In this document: piece after piece, positions 1 through 11,627 of the stretch
How positions within the stretch are numbered: position 1 is the stretch's first letter
Layout of the letters: each line of letters begins with the position of its first letter
Assembly (NCBI GenBank): GCA_965248355.1
Contig: OZ252098.1
Span: 2,112,001-2,176,000 of the forward strand
Direction of reading: 5' to 3'
DNA: 64,000 bases
Source of the DNA: Candidatus Latescibacterota bacterium
GTDB lineage: Bacteria; Latescibacterota; UBA2968; UBA8231
The notes under the pieces: model-generated
Told to the model about the DNA's origin: nothing
Seen by the model: only the letters and a program-made list of their open reading frames with translations
The model's database searches: none
Program-made: the position numbers and the translations under genes

Positions 1-17
1 GCCTGACGCCCCAGGGG

Positions 18-743
18 GTGACCTCGCCGGGCGGCTTCGGGGGACGCACCCTTCCCTTCTACGCCCGCTGCGCCGGCGAGGCCGTGCGCCAGGTCACGGG
101 AAACCCGGTGCCCTACTTCTTTCAGAGGGTCTCCAGGGAGGCCGCGGTGGACACCCCCGTGTGGTACCCCGACCGCCAGGCGGGACAGGCCACGGGCGAG
201 ATCATCGCCTCCACCGGGGACTGGACCGGCAACTGGACCGGGTACGGCGAGGCCGATGCCGACAAGTACATCACTCCCGACCTGGAGGGCGGCCGTCTGC
301 CAGCCCTCATCGACGCGGGCGAGCCGGCCGTGCTCATCAGCCATTGGCAGGGGTTCTATGGGCTGCACGACGGGGACCGGCGCGGCTTCAGGGCCTTCAA
401 GAAGGTGGTGAGCCGCCTCGCCGAACGCGACCCCCGCGGAGAGCGCACCCGGTGGCGCACCAGCAGCCAGATCACCACCTATGCCTGCGCCCGGGCCATG
501 GCCGAGGTCTCGGTAGAGGGGAACACCGTCCGCCTCGACCTGCCGGTGCGGACCCCTGACCTCACCCTGCGGCTGACGGATGGAGAGGTGCGCTCGGTGC
601 GGGTGGACGGCCGCCCCCTGGCGCGGGCTTCGACTCGAGCCGCCTTCAAGAGCGGCACCTGTCTGATGGAGGACGGAGCGGCCCTGGCCGCCTTCGACCC
701 GGCCCGACGACGAGTGCTGGTGGAGGTGGATCACCTGAATTAG
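18..743 (+). CDS. Hypothetical protein, probably the C-terminal part of a gene starting before the window (possibly polysaccharide-deacetylase-like)
   Basis: Frame is open near the window edge with coding-like composition and co-oriented with the downstream cluster; no diagnostic motif recognised. Confidence 0.55.
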   Translation: MTSPGGFGGRTLPFYARCAGEAVRQVTGNPVPYFFQRVSREAAVDTPVWYPDRQAGQATGEIIASTGDWTGNWTGYGEADADKYITPDLEGGRLPALIDAGEPAVLISHWQGFYGLHDGDRRGFRAFKKVVSRLAERDPRGERTRWRTSSQITTYACARAMAEVSVEGNTVRLDLPVRTPDLTLRLTDGEVRSVRVDGRPLARASTRAAFKSGTCLMEDGAALAAFDPARRRVLVEVDHLN

Positions 744-791
744 ATCATGCGAATCCCGGATCGACAAGCCTCGAGAGAAAAGGATGACATC

Positions 792-1772
792 ATGCACATC
801 GCCCTGGCCCTCGGACCCGAGGCCGGCCCCGTGTCGACCTTCGGAGCCCAGTGCGGCGTCGAGCACGCCGTGGGAACCTTCGACCTGACGCCGGTAGCGG
901 AAGAGCCGATCGACGGCGACGCCCAGCCCTTCAGCCGCGCCTCCCTGGCCCGCTGCAAGGCCCGGTACGAGAGCAACGGCTACGACCTGTCCGTCATCGA
1001 GAGCCGCCCCCCCATGGAGAGCATCAAGCTGGGCCGGGCGGGCCGCGACGAGGAGATCGCCGTCGTCCGCGAGTTCATCCGCAACATGGGGGCGGTGGGC
1101 ATCCCGGTCTGGTGCCCGGCCTGGATGCCCGTCCACATGGTGATCCGCACCTCGCGCGAGATCCCCACCCGGGGAGGGGCCCGGGTGACCGGCTTCGACC
1201 TCGAGGAGTTCAACCGCACCCACGCCGCCGGCGCCCACGGCGAGATCACCGAGGCGGACCAGTGGGACAACCTGAGGTACTTCCTGGAGCGGATCGTGCC
1301 CGTTGCGGAGGAGGCGGACGTCAAGCTCGCCATGCATCCCGACGACCCGCCCCTGTCGCCGATCCAGGGCGTGGCCCGCATCATCAGCAGCGTCGAGAAC
1401 TACCAGCGCATGGTCGACCTCGTCCCCAGCCCGGCCAACGGCATCGGACTCTGCCAGGGCAACTTCGGCCTCATGACCGACGACCTGCCCGCGGTCATCC
1501 GCCACTTCGGCGGGCAGGAGAAGATCCACTTCGTCCACTTCCGCGACATCCGGGGCACGCCGGAGAAGTTCGAGGAGGCCTTCCACGACGACGGCAAGCA
1601 CGACATGGCGGCCTGTGTCCGGGCCTACCGGGACGTCGGCTACGGCGGCGTGGCGCGGCCCGACCACTTCCCGCAGCTGGCCTACGAGGACTTCGAAGAC
1701 GTCCATTCGATGGAACGCCTCTACGCCATCGGCTACATGAGAGGTCTCATCGAGGCGGTCTACAGCGAGTGA
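792..1772 (+). CDS. uxuA: Mannonate dehydratase (UxuA family)
   Basis: Motifs WDNLRYFLERIVPVAEEADVKLAMHPDDPP, GLCQGNF, IHFVHFRD, RPDH, YAIGYMRGL; ATG at 792 preceded by AAAAGGA. Confidence 0.85.
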   Translation: MHIALALGPEAGPVSTFGAQCGVEHAVGTFDLTPVAEEPIDGDAQPFSRASLARCKARYESNGYDLSVIESRPPMESIKLGRAGRDEEIAVVREFIRNMGAVGIPVWCPAWMPVHMVIRTSREIPTRGGARVTGFDLEEFNRTHAAGAHGEITEADQWDNLRYFLERIVPVAEEADVKLAMHPDDPPLSPIQGVARIISSVENYQRMVDLVPSPANGIGLCQGNFGLMTDDLPAVIRHFGGQEKIHFVHFRDIRGTPEKFEEAFHDDGKHDMAACVRAYRDVGYGGVARPDHFPQLAYEDFEDVHSMERLYAIGYMRGLIEAVYSE

Positions 1773-2491
1773 CCCCGGTCTCGGTGGCCCGCGCCCTCGG
1801 CCGGGCCGCGGGGCGGCTGCGGTTCGCCGACCCGGTGGCCCACGTCTACAACCCCCTGGTCTACGCCTTCGAGGCCCACAGGTCGTACCTGGAGCGCTAC
1901 TGCCGGCGCGAGGCCGAGGTCCTGCTGGTGGGCATGAATCCCGGCCCCTGGGGCATGGTGCAGACCGGCGTCCCCTTCGGCGAGGTCGGCCTCGTCCGGG
2001 ACTGGCTCGGCATCGAGGCCGGGGTGCGCGCCCCCCGGTCGCAGCACCCCCGGCGGCCGGTGGAGGGCTTCGGCTGCCGGCGCAGCGAGGTCAGCGGCCG
2101 GCGGCTCTGGGGATGGGCCCGGGACCGCTTCGGCACCCCCGACCGGTTCTTCGACCGGTTCTTCGTGTGGAACTACTGCCCCCTCGCCTTCCTCGAGGAG
2201 AGCGGCCGCAACCGCACCCCGGACAAGCTCCCGGCTCAGGAGCGCGCCCCCCTCTTCGAGATCTGCGACCGGGCGCTCCGGCGGATCGCCGGGCACATCG
2301 AGCCCGTCTCCGTCCTCGGCGTCGGCCGCTTCGGGCGGGACCGGGCTCGCGCCGCCCTGGACGGCGCCTTCTCCGTGGGCGAGATCCTGCACCCGAGCCC
2401 GGCGAGCCCCGCGGCCAACCGCGGCTGGGCCCACCAGGTCGAGGCCCAGCTCGCCGCCCTCGGCATCGATCTGGAAGCCGGCAAGGCCTGA
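1769..2491 (+). CDS. SMUG1-type (family 3) uracil-DNA glycosylase
   Basis: VYNPLVYA, GMNPGPWGMVQTGVPFGEV, SEVSGRRLW, HPSPASP motifs; GTG start overlaps the uxuA stop (GTGA). Confidence 0.9.
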   Translation: MTPVSVARALGRAAGRLRFADPVAHVYNPLVYAFEAHRSYLERYCRREAEVLLVGMNPGPWGMVQTGVPFGEVGLVRDWLGIEAGVRAPRSQHPRRPVEGFGCRRSEVSGRRLWGWARDRFGTPDRFFDRFFVWNYCPLAFLEESGRNRTPDKLPAQERAPLFEICDRALRRIAGHIEPVSVLGVGRFGRDRARAALDGAFSVGEILHPSPASPAANRGWAHQVEAQLAALGIDLEAGKA

Positions 2492-2519
2492 CCCGCCACT
2501 CACCTCCCAGGAGCCCTCC

Positions 2520-3035
2520 ATGCAGATCGGCATCATCTCCGACACCCACGACAACTGGCCGGCTCTCGACCGGGTCTGCCGGTTCCTGGCCGACAGCGGC
2601 GTCGGCACGCTGATCCACTGCGGGGACGTCTGCGCGCCCCTCACCCTCGGCCACCTGCTGGACCAGTACGAGGGCCAGGTGCATCTCGCCTTCGGCAATG
2701 TCGACGGGGATCCCTTCCTCATGGCGGCGCGCTTCGGGGACCGCCCGAACCTGCGCCTCCACGGGGCCGAGCGCGGGGAGCTGGACCTGGGGGAGCGCCG
2801 GGTCGGCGTGCAGCACTACCCCGCCCTGGCGCGGGGGCTGGCCCTCACCGGGGAGTACGACGCCGTGTTCTTCGGCCACGACCACGACCCGCGCCAGGAG
2901 GTCCTCACCCTGGGCAACCGCCGGGTGCTGCTCGCCAACCCCGGCACCCTGGCGGCCATGGGCAAGCCCCAGACCTTCCTGCTCTACGAGACCGGGACCA
3001 ACGACGTGGAGCGGTTCGAGGTGGACCGGCTCTAG
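2520..3035 (+). CDS. YfcE/MJ0936-like metallophosphoesterase
   Basis: ISDTHDN, IHCGD, GNVD, FGHDH, NPG motifs; AGGAG RBS. Confidence 0.85.
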   Translation: MQIGIISDTHDNWPALDRVCRFLADSGVGTLIHCGDVCAPLTLGHLLDQYEGQVHLAFGNVDGDPFLMAARFGDRPNLRLHGAERGELDLGERRVGVQHYPALARGLALTGEYDAVFFGHDHDPRQEVLTLGNRRVLLANPGTLAAMGKPQTFLLYETGTNDVERFEVDRL

Positions 3036-3511
3036 GGGCTCTCGACCTGCAGCAGGGCGCCGGGCTCCTCCGCCCGGGACGCCTCCACGCCGTGGGTCGT
3101 ATCCAGCAGATCCTGCAGGCTCGTGCGCGACAGCACGCCGTCCACCGCCTCCTGCACCCGCATCCAGAGTCCGCGGATTGAGCAGTCCACGGAGGTGTGG
3201 CTGCAGGTCTCCTCGGCTCCGGTGAAGTGGTCGCAGAAGGTGGGGTCGTAGAGGGGCCCTCCGAGGGCGGCCACGACCTCGGCCACGGCGATCCGCGAGG
3301 CCGGGCGCGACAGGCTGTAGCCGCCGCGCTGGCCGCGCTCGCTGTCGACGAGGCCGCTGCGCCGCAGGGTGCCCAGGTAGCGGGCGGTGTTGTGGGGCGA
3401 CAGGCCCTCGGCCTCGGCGATCTCCGGAATCGTGGCGCTGCCGCCGGGGGAGCGGCGGGCCACCTGGAGCAGGCAGCGCAGGCCGTACTCCTCCTGGGCG
3501 CTGAGCTTCAT
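3032..3511 (-). CDS. Rrf2-family transcriptional regulator with three C-terminal Cys (IscR/SufR-like)
   Basis: MKLSAQEEYGLRCL, VDSERGQRGGYSL, FCDHF..TCSH..DCSIR; last gene of the suf run. Confidence 0.88.
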   Translation of the reverse strand: MKLSAQEEYGLRCLLQVARRSPGGSATIPEIAEAEGLSPHNTARYLGTLRRSGLVDSERGQRGGYSLSRPASRIAVAEVVAALGGPLYDPTFCDHFTGAEETCSHTSVDCSIRGLWMRVQEAVDGVLSRTSLQDLLDTTHGVEASRAEEPGALLQVESP

Positions 3512-3512
3512 C

Positions 3513-3872
3513 CTACATCATCCCGAGCTGCAGCTTGGCCGCTTCCGACATGCGGTCGATGCTCCACGGCGGGTCCCAGGTGATGTCGACCTGCGAGTCG
3601 TCCACCTCCGCCACCTGCTCGAGCACCTTGCGCTGCACCTCGCCGGGCAGGGTCCCGGCCACGGGGCAGGCCGGGGAGGTGAGGGTCATGGTGACGTGGA
3701 CCTTCCGGCCCCCGTCCTCCCCCTCCTCCACGTCGACGGCGTAGATCAGGCCGAGCTCGTAGATGTCGACGGGGATCTCGGGGTCGTAGCAGGTCCTGAG
3801 GACGTCGACGACCTTGGACTCGACGCTGCCGGGGGGGTGCTCCTGCGGTTCGGTTGGTTCCACGTTGCTCAC
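3513..3872 (-). CDS. sufT: SufT/PaaD-like (DUF59) Fe-S assembly protein
   Basis: YDPEIPVDIYELGLIY, MTLTSPACP, WDPPWS motifs; GTG start overlaps the sufU stop. Confidence 0.88.
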   Translation of the reverse strand: MSNVEPTEPQEHPPGSVESKVVDVLRTCYDPEIPVDIYELGLIYAVDVEEGEDGGRKVHVTMTLTSPACPVAGTLPGEVQRKVLEQVAEVDDSQVDITWDPPWSIDRMSEAAKLQLGMM

Positions 3873-4327
3873 TCCGTCCTGACCGGCTCGGCGGCGTCGC
3901 CGTCGAGGGCGGCCTTCATGGTGTGCCAGGCCAGGGTGGCGCACTTGACCCGCATGGGAAACTCTCGGACCCCGGCGAAGACGACGAGCTTGCCGGCCTT
4001 CACCGGATCGACGGGCTCGTCGGAATCGGCGGTGACCAGATCGTGAAAGCTCTCGAAGGCGGCCCTCGCCTCCTCGGCGCTGCGGCCCTTGAGCTGCTCG
4101 GTCATGAGCGAGGCCGAGGCCTTGGAGATGGCGCAGCCGGAGCCGTCGAAGTGGATCTCCTCGATCACCCCCTCGTCGCCGAGCAGAAGGTAGACGTGGA
4201 GGTGGTCGCCGCACAGCGGGTTGTAGCCCTCCTGGTGGCGGTTGGCCTTCTCCAGGGGGCCAAAGTTCCTCGGGCTGCGGTTGTGGTCGAGGATGATCTG
4301 CTGGTAGAGCTCTCGAAGCTCCGTCAC
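3869..4327 (-). CDS. sufU: SufU/IscU-type Fe-S scaffold / sulfur-transfer protein
   Basis: LYQQIILDHNRSPRN, NPLCGD, GSGCAISKASAS, RVKCATLAWH. Confidence 0.92.
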   Translation of the reverse strand: MTELRELYQQIILDHNRSPRNFGPLEKANRHQEGYNPLCGDHLHVYLLLGDEGVIEEIHFDGSGCAISKASASLMTEQLKGRSAEEARAAFESFHDLVTADSDEPVDPVKAGKLVVFAGVREFPMRVKCATLAWHTMKAALDGDAAEPVRTE

Positions 4328-5598
4328 GACACGCCTCCCAGGACCGTTTCGACCTGGTTCAGGCCCTCCACGAGCAGGTCGATCTCGCGGCGCGTGTTGT
4401 AGAAGGCCAAGGAGGCCCGGGCCATGGCGGGCACCCCGAAGCGGGCCATGAGGGGCTGGGCGCAGTGGTGGCCGGTGCGCACGGCCACGCCCTCGGCGTC
4501 GAGGATCGTGCCCATGTCGTGGGGATGGGCGCCGTCGAGGGCGAAGGAGAGGACCGGGACCTTGCGGCGGGCCTCGCCGAAGATGCGCAGGCCCTCGACC
4601 CCGGCGAGGCGGCCGCCGGCGTAGGCGAGCAGGTCCTCTTCGTACTCGCTGATGCGTTCCATGCCGAGCCCGTTGAGGTAGTCCACGGCGGCGGCCAGGC
4701 CCAGGGCGCCGGCGATGTTCGGGGTGCCGGCCTCGAACTTGGCGGGCGGCTCGGCCCAGGTCGTGCCCTCGAAGGAGACGGACCGGATCATGGAGCCGCC
4801 GCCCTCGTAGGGAAGCATGCCCTCGAGCAAGTCGCGGCGGCCGTAGAGGATGCCGATCCCCGTGGGCGCGAACAGCTTGTGGCCGGAGAGGGCGTAGAAG
4901 TCGCAGCCCAGGTCCCGCACGTCCACCGGCAGGTGGGGCGCGCCCTGGGCGCCGTCGACGAAGACCGCGGCGCCGTACTCGTGGGCCAGGTCGCAGATCC
5001 GGCGCACGGGGTTGACGGTGCCGAGGACGTTGGAGGCGTGGGCCACGGCCACTATGCGGGTGCGCGGCGACAGGCGGTCGGAGAAGGCCGCCAGGTCGAG
5101 CTCCCCTTCGTCGGTGATGGGCGCCACCCTCAGGCGGGCGCCCGTGGCCTCGCACAGCATCTGCCACGGGACGATGTTGGAGTGGTGCTCCATGTGGGTG
5201 ACGAGGATCTCGTCCCCCTCGCCCACCCGGGACCTGCCGTACCCGTGAGCCACGAGGTTGGCCGCCTCGGTCGTGCCCCGGCAGAACACGACCTCGGCGC
5301 TCTCGGCGGCGTTGACGAAGGTGGCCAGCCGCCCTCGGGCGCGCTCGTAGGAGAACGTGGCCTGCTGGCTGAGGAAGTGGACGCCGCGGTGGATGTTGGC
5401 GTTCTCCTCCTCGTAGTAGCGCTCCACGGCGTCGATCACCGGCCTCGGCTTCTGGGTGGTGGCGGCGTTGTCCAGGTAGACCAGGGCCCGGCCGCGCACC
5501 GCCCGGCCGAGGATCGGGAAGTCCCGCCGGACCGCGTCGACGTCGAGAACCCCCTCGTCGCGGCCGGGGGCGGTCATCACGGGCTGGGGGGCGGTCAC
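4324..5598 (-). CDS. sufS: Cysteine desulfurase SufS
   Basis: YLDNAATTQKP, SGHK (PLP lysine), FEAGTPN, RTGHHCAQP. Confidence 0.95.
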   Translation of the reverse strand: MTAPQPVMTAPGRDEGVLDVDAVRRDFPILGRAVRGRALVYLDNAATTQKPRPVIDAVERYYEEENANIHRGVHFLSQQATFSYERARGRLATFVNAAESAEVVFCRGTTEAANLVAHGYGRSRVGEGDEILVTHMEHHSNIVPWQMLCEATGARLRVAPITDEGELDLAAFSDRLSPRTRIVAVAHASNVLGTVNPVRRICDLAHEYGAAVFVDGAQGAPHLPVDVRDLGCDFYALSGHKLFAPTGIGILYGRRDLLEGMLPYEGGGSMIRSVSFEGTTWAEPPAKFEAGTPNIAGALGLAAAVDYLNGLGMERISEYEEDLLAYAGGRLAGVEGLRIFGEARRKVPVLSFALDGAHPHDMGTILDAEGVAVRTGHHCAQPLMARFGVPAMARASLAFYNTRREIDLLVEGLNQVETVLGGVS

Positions 5599-6944
5599 CC
5601 GGCCTCCTCGGCCGCCAGGACGGCGTCGACGCGCCGGGAGACCAGGCCCTCCACGTGGCGCCTCAGCCCTTCGTGGGTGACCCGCTGCACCAGCTCGCCG
5701 GCGAAGGCCCGGGTGAGGACGCGCCGGGCCTCGGCCCGTCCCACGCCGCGGGAGCGCAGGTAGAACAGGGCCGCCGCATCGAGCTGGCCGGTGGTCGATC
5801 CGTGGCTGCAGCGGACGTCGTCCGCGTAGATCTCCAGCTGGGGCTTGGAGGTCACCTGGGCGTCGTCGGAGAGCAGCAGGTTCTGGTTGGACTGGAAGGC
5901 GTCGGTCTTCTGGGCCGCCTGGCGCACGTGGATCTTGCCCCGGAAGACGCCCTGCGCGCGGCCCCCCAGGATCCCCTTGTAGAGCTCGTGGCTGCTGCAG
6001 TTGGGGGCGGCGTGCTCGATGGTGGTGTAGTTGTCCACCAGCTCCCGGTCGCGGGCCAGGAACAGGCCGTTGAGGGTGGAGTCGATGCCCTCGCCCTCCA
6101 GGACGGTGGTCACGTCCTCGCGCACGGTTCGCCCCGAGAGGCAGAGGGTGTGGGCGGTGAAGCGGGCGCCCTCGGCCTCCCTCACGTGCAGGGTGCCCGC
6201 GTGGCAGGCCGCCTCCCCGTGGAGATGGGCCCGGCCGTACTCGACGGCGGCGCCGGGGCCGGCGGCGATCTCGGTTACCGGGGCCACCAGGCGGCCGGCG
6301 CCGGCGCCGGTGCCGGCCAGGGTCTCGAAGACGGTGACCCGGCTGCCGGCGCCGGCGGTCACGAGGGTGCGCGGCGTCGTCAGACCCCGGCCGCTGGCCG
6401 CGTGGAGGACCTGGATGGGCGCCTCCACGGCGGCGCCCGCCGGTACCGATATGAAGGCTCCGTCGCGCACGAAGGCGGTGCTGAGGGCGGCAAAGCTCTC
6501 GTCGAGACTCAGCGTATGCGCGCCCAGGTCGTCGAGCTCCGCCCACTCCGCGGCATCGACCTCGCCGAGGGAGCGCACCTGGACCCCGCCGGGAAGTGCG
6601 CCGGCCCGCGACAGGTCCGGGGCGTAACAGCCGTCGACGAAGACCAGCACAGGGCCGTCGAGGGCGTCGGCCAGCAGGGGCCGCACTTCGGCCGCCGTCA
6701 GGGGGCCGGGCTCGGCCACCGGGGCATAGAAGGTGTGGGTCAGGGGCGCCGGGTTGGTGTGCGACCAGGCCTCGTAGCGGGCCGTGGGCAGGCCGTGGTC
6801 GGCGACGCGGGCGATGGCCTCCCTGCGGCGTTCGTGCAGCCGCCCGTGGCCGCCGCCGTTGAGGGAACGCTCGAAGCCCTCGAAGGCGGCGAGATAGGCG
6901 TCGAGAACGGCCTCCGGGCCGCGGCGGGTTTCCTCTGCGCTCAT
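5595..6944 (-). CDS. sufD: Fe-S cluster assembly protein SufD
   Basis: AQKTDAFQSNQNLLLS, KPQLEIYADDVRCSHGST, LFYLRSRG. Confidence 0.95.
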   Translation of the reverse strand: MSAEETRRGPEAVLDAYLAAFEGFERSLNGGGHGRLHERRREAIARVADHGLPTARYEAWSHTNPAPLTHTFYAPVAEPGPLTAAEVRPLLADALDGPVLVFVDGCYAPDLSRAGALPGGVQVRSLGEVDAAEWAELDDLGAHTLSLDESFAALSTAFVRDGAFISVPAGAAVEAPIQVLHAASGRGLTTPRTLVTAGAGSRVTVFETLAGTGAGAGRLVAPVTEIAAGPGAAVEYGRAHLHGEAACHAGTLHVREAEGARFTAHTLCLSGRTVREDVTTVLEGEGIDSTLNGLFLARDRELVDNYTTIEHAAPNCSSHELYKGILGGRAQGVFRGKIHVRQAAQKTDAFQSNQNLLLSDDAQVTSKPQLEIYADDVRCSHGSTTGQLDAAALFYLRSRGVGRAEARRVLTRAFAGELVQRVTHEGLRRHVEGLVSRRVDAVLAAEEAG

Positions 6945-6951
6945 GGGCCCC

Positions 6952-7713
6952 TCACGCCGCCGGCTCGGCGGCCTCCTCGCGGATCCACTCGTAGCCCTGC
7001 TCCTCGAGCCGCAGGGCCAGCTCGGCGCCGCCGGAACGCACGATGCGGCCGTCGAGGAGGACGTGCACGTAGTCGGGCACGATGTGGTTGAGCAGCCGCT
7101 GGTAGTGGGTGACCACGATGGCGCTCTTGTGGGGCGCCCGCAGCTTGTTGACGCCGTCGGCGACGATCCGCAGGGCGTCGATGTCGAGGCCGGAGTCGGT
7201 CTCGTCCAGGATCGCCAGGCGCGGCTCGAGGACGGCCATCTGCAGGATCTCGTGGCGCTTCTTCTCCCCGCCCGAGAACCCCTCGTTCACCGAACGCCGG
7301 AGGAAGCTCTCGTCCATCTCCACCAGCCGCAGCTTCTCGCGGATGAGGACCAGGAAGTCGATGGCGTCGACCTCCTCCTCGCCGCGGTGCCGGCGGATCT
7401 CGTTGAGGCCGGTGCGCAGGAAGTAGGTCGTGTTGACCCCGGGGATCTCCACGGGGTACTGAAAGGCGAGGAAGAGGCCTTCGCGGGCCCGGTCCTCCGG
7501 GGCCATGTCGAGCAGGTCCCGGCCCTCGTAGCGCACGGACCCGCCGGTGACGTCGAAGGCCTCGTGGCCGGCCAGCACCTGGGCGAGGGTGGACTTGCCC
7601 GAGCCGTTGGGGCCCATGACCGCATGGACCTCGCCGGGGCCGACGGTGAGGTCGACGCCCTTGAGGATGGGGGTCTGGTCGATGGCGGCGTGCAGGTTGG
7701 TGATCTCGAGCAA
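6952..7713 (-). CDS. sufC: Fe-S cluster assembly ATPase SufC
   Basis: GPNGSGKST, FQYPVEIPGV, NEGFSGGEKKR, LDETDSGLDIDAL; TTG start with AGGAG RBS. Confidence 0.95.
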   Translation of the reverse strand: MLEITNLHAAIDQTPILKGVDLTVGPGEVHAVMGPNGSGKSTLAQVLAGHEAFDVTGGSVRYEGRDLLDMAPEDRAREGLFLAFQYPVEIPGVNTTYFLRTGLNEIRRHRGEEEVDAIDFLVLIREKLRLVEMDESFLRRSVNEGFSGGEKKRHEILQMAVLEPRLAILDETDSGLDIDALRIVADGVNKLRAPHKSAIVVTHYQRLLNHIVPDYVHVLLDGRIVRSGGAELALRLEEQGYEWIREEAAEPAA

Positions 7714-8095
7714 TTCGTTCTCCTGTCGGGCGGCGGGCGCGGGCCCTTCGGCGCCTACGCCGGTTGAGGTCAGTTGTGCTTGGCCTTCAGTCGTTCTGTA
7801 GCGCTTGCGAGCCTCGACGTTGTCGAGTCTCGCGGTCCTTCAAATCCGGGTGCGTGCTTCTACCGGCGTAATGCGCCTGCGGGCCCACGCCCGCCGCCGC
7901 GCGAGAGGCCGAGGATCATACCCGGCCGCTGTAGCCACTCGGAGGGTCTCTCGTCGTTCCCGGCTTCGAGGAGGGAAACAGCGGCAGCCTCCTCTTGCGG
8001 GATCTTCGTGGGCGCCGGTTCGCTGCGCTCACGGCGCCCGGGTGTTTGCGGCGGCGGCGTCATGCGTCTGTGGAGCACCCGCGGCGGCGGGTACT

Positions 8096-9598
<1,503 letters not shown>

Positions 9599-9668
9599 GT
9601 GGTCCTATCTGTTTGCTTTACAGAAGGTTGGAGGCCGGGGGCGGGATCCCCGTCCAAGGGAATCTACA

Positions 9669-9692
9669 AATCTTGCAAGAAATTGCAAGATT
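9669..9692. promoter_or_regulatory. Perfect AT-rich palindrome upstream of sufB (probable operator overlapping a promoter)
   Basis: AATCTTGCAA-GAAA-TTGCAAGATT; on the minus strand TTGCAA-16 nt-TAGATT resembles a -35/-10 pair. Confidence 0.7.
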
Positions 9693-9703
9693 GGCCCGGC
9701 GGG

Positions 9704-10620
9704 TCAGCCGATGCGCCGCCGGCGCACGAGATAGCGGCTCAGGGCGCTGTCGAAGGAGGTGGCCGTGTCCATCAGGACGTAGTCGACGCCGGCCTCCGCG
9801 CAACCGTGGCGGTAGCGGCCCAGCAGGGATTCCACGTGGGCGCGGTAGGTCTCCTGCACGTGCCACGGCTGGGTGACGATGGAGGCGCCGGCGGCGTCCT
9901 CCAGGTCGACGAAGCGCGTCTCGGAACGGCGGAAGTCCAGGTCGACCTCCCTCGGGTCGAGGACCTGCAGGACCAGCACCTCGTGGCCGCGGTGGCGCAG
10001 GTGGCGCAGGCCGCCGAGGACCTCGCCGGGATCGTCCAGCAGGTCGGAGAGGACGATCACGAGGCCGCGCCGCGACAGCCGCTCGGCCAGGTCGTGCAGG
10101 CCGGGGGCCAGGGCCGTCTCGGCGGCGGGTTCCGCGCCCGTGAGCTGGCGCAGAAGGACGCTGAGGTGGCTGCCCACCGAGCGCGGCGGCACCAGGGAGA
10201 GGAGGCCCCCCCGAATCAGGGCCAGCCCCACGGCGTCGCGCTGGCGGAGCATCAGGTAGGCCAGGGCGGCGGCCAGGCAGCAGGCGTAGCGGAACTTGCT
10301 GATGCGGCCGCCGTCGCCGAAGGCCATGGAGCCGCTCACGTCGACGGCCAGGCAGGCCTTCAGGTTGGTCTCCTCCTCGTAGCGCTTGACGTAGAGGCGG
10401 TCGGTCCTGGCCAGCGCCTTCCAGTCGAGGTCGCGCAGCGGGTCGCCCGGCATGTACGGCCGGTGCTCGGAGAACTCGACGGAGAACCCGTGGTAGGGAG
10501 AGCGGTGCAGGCCGGTGATGAACCCCTCCACCACGAGGCGGGCGATCAGGTCCAGGCGGCCCAGGCGCGAGGCCGTCTCGGGATCGAGGTACCCCGTGAG
10601 GCCGCCGGCCTCGCTCTGCG

Positions 10621-10624
<4 letters not shown>
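9704..10624 (-). CDS. DUF58 / vWA-like MoxR-associated protein
   Basis: GLHRSPYHGFSVEFSEHRPY, DWKALAR, YEEETNL, DVSGSM (MIDAS-like). Confidence 0.9.
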
Positions 10625-11610
<986 letters not shown>

Positions 11611-11627
11611 TCAGGGTCTCCTTCGGA

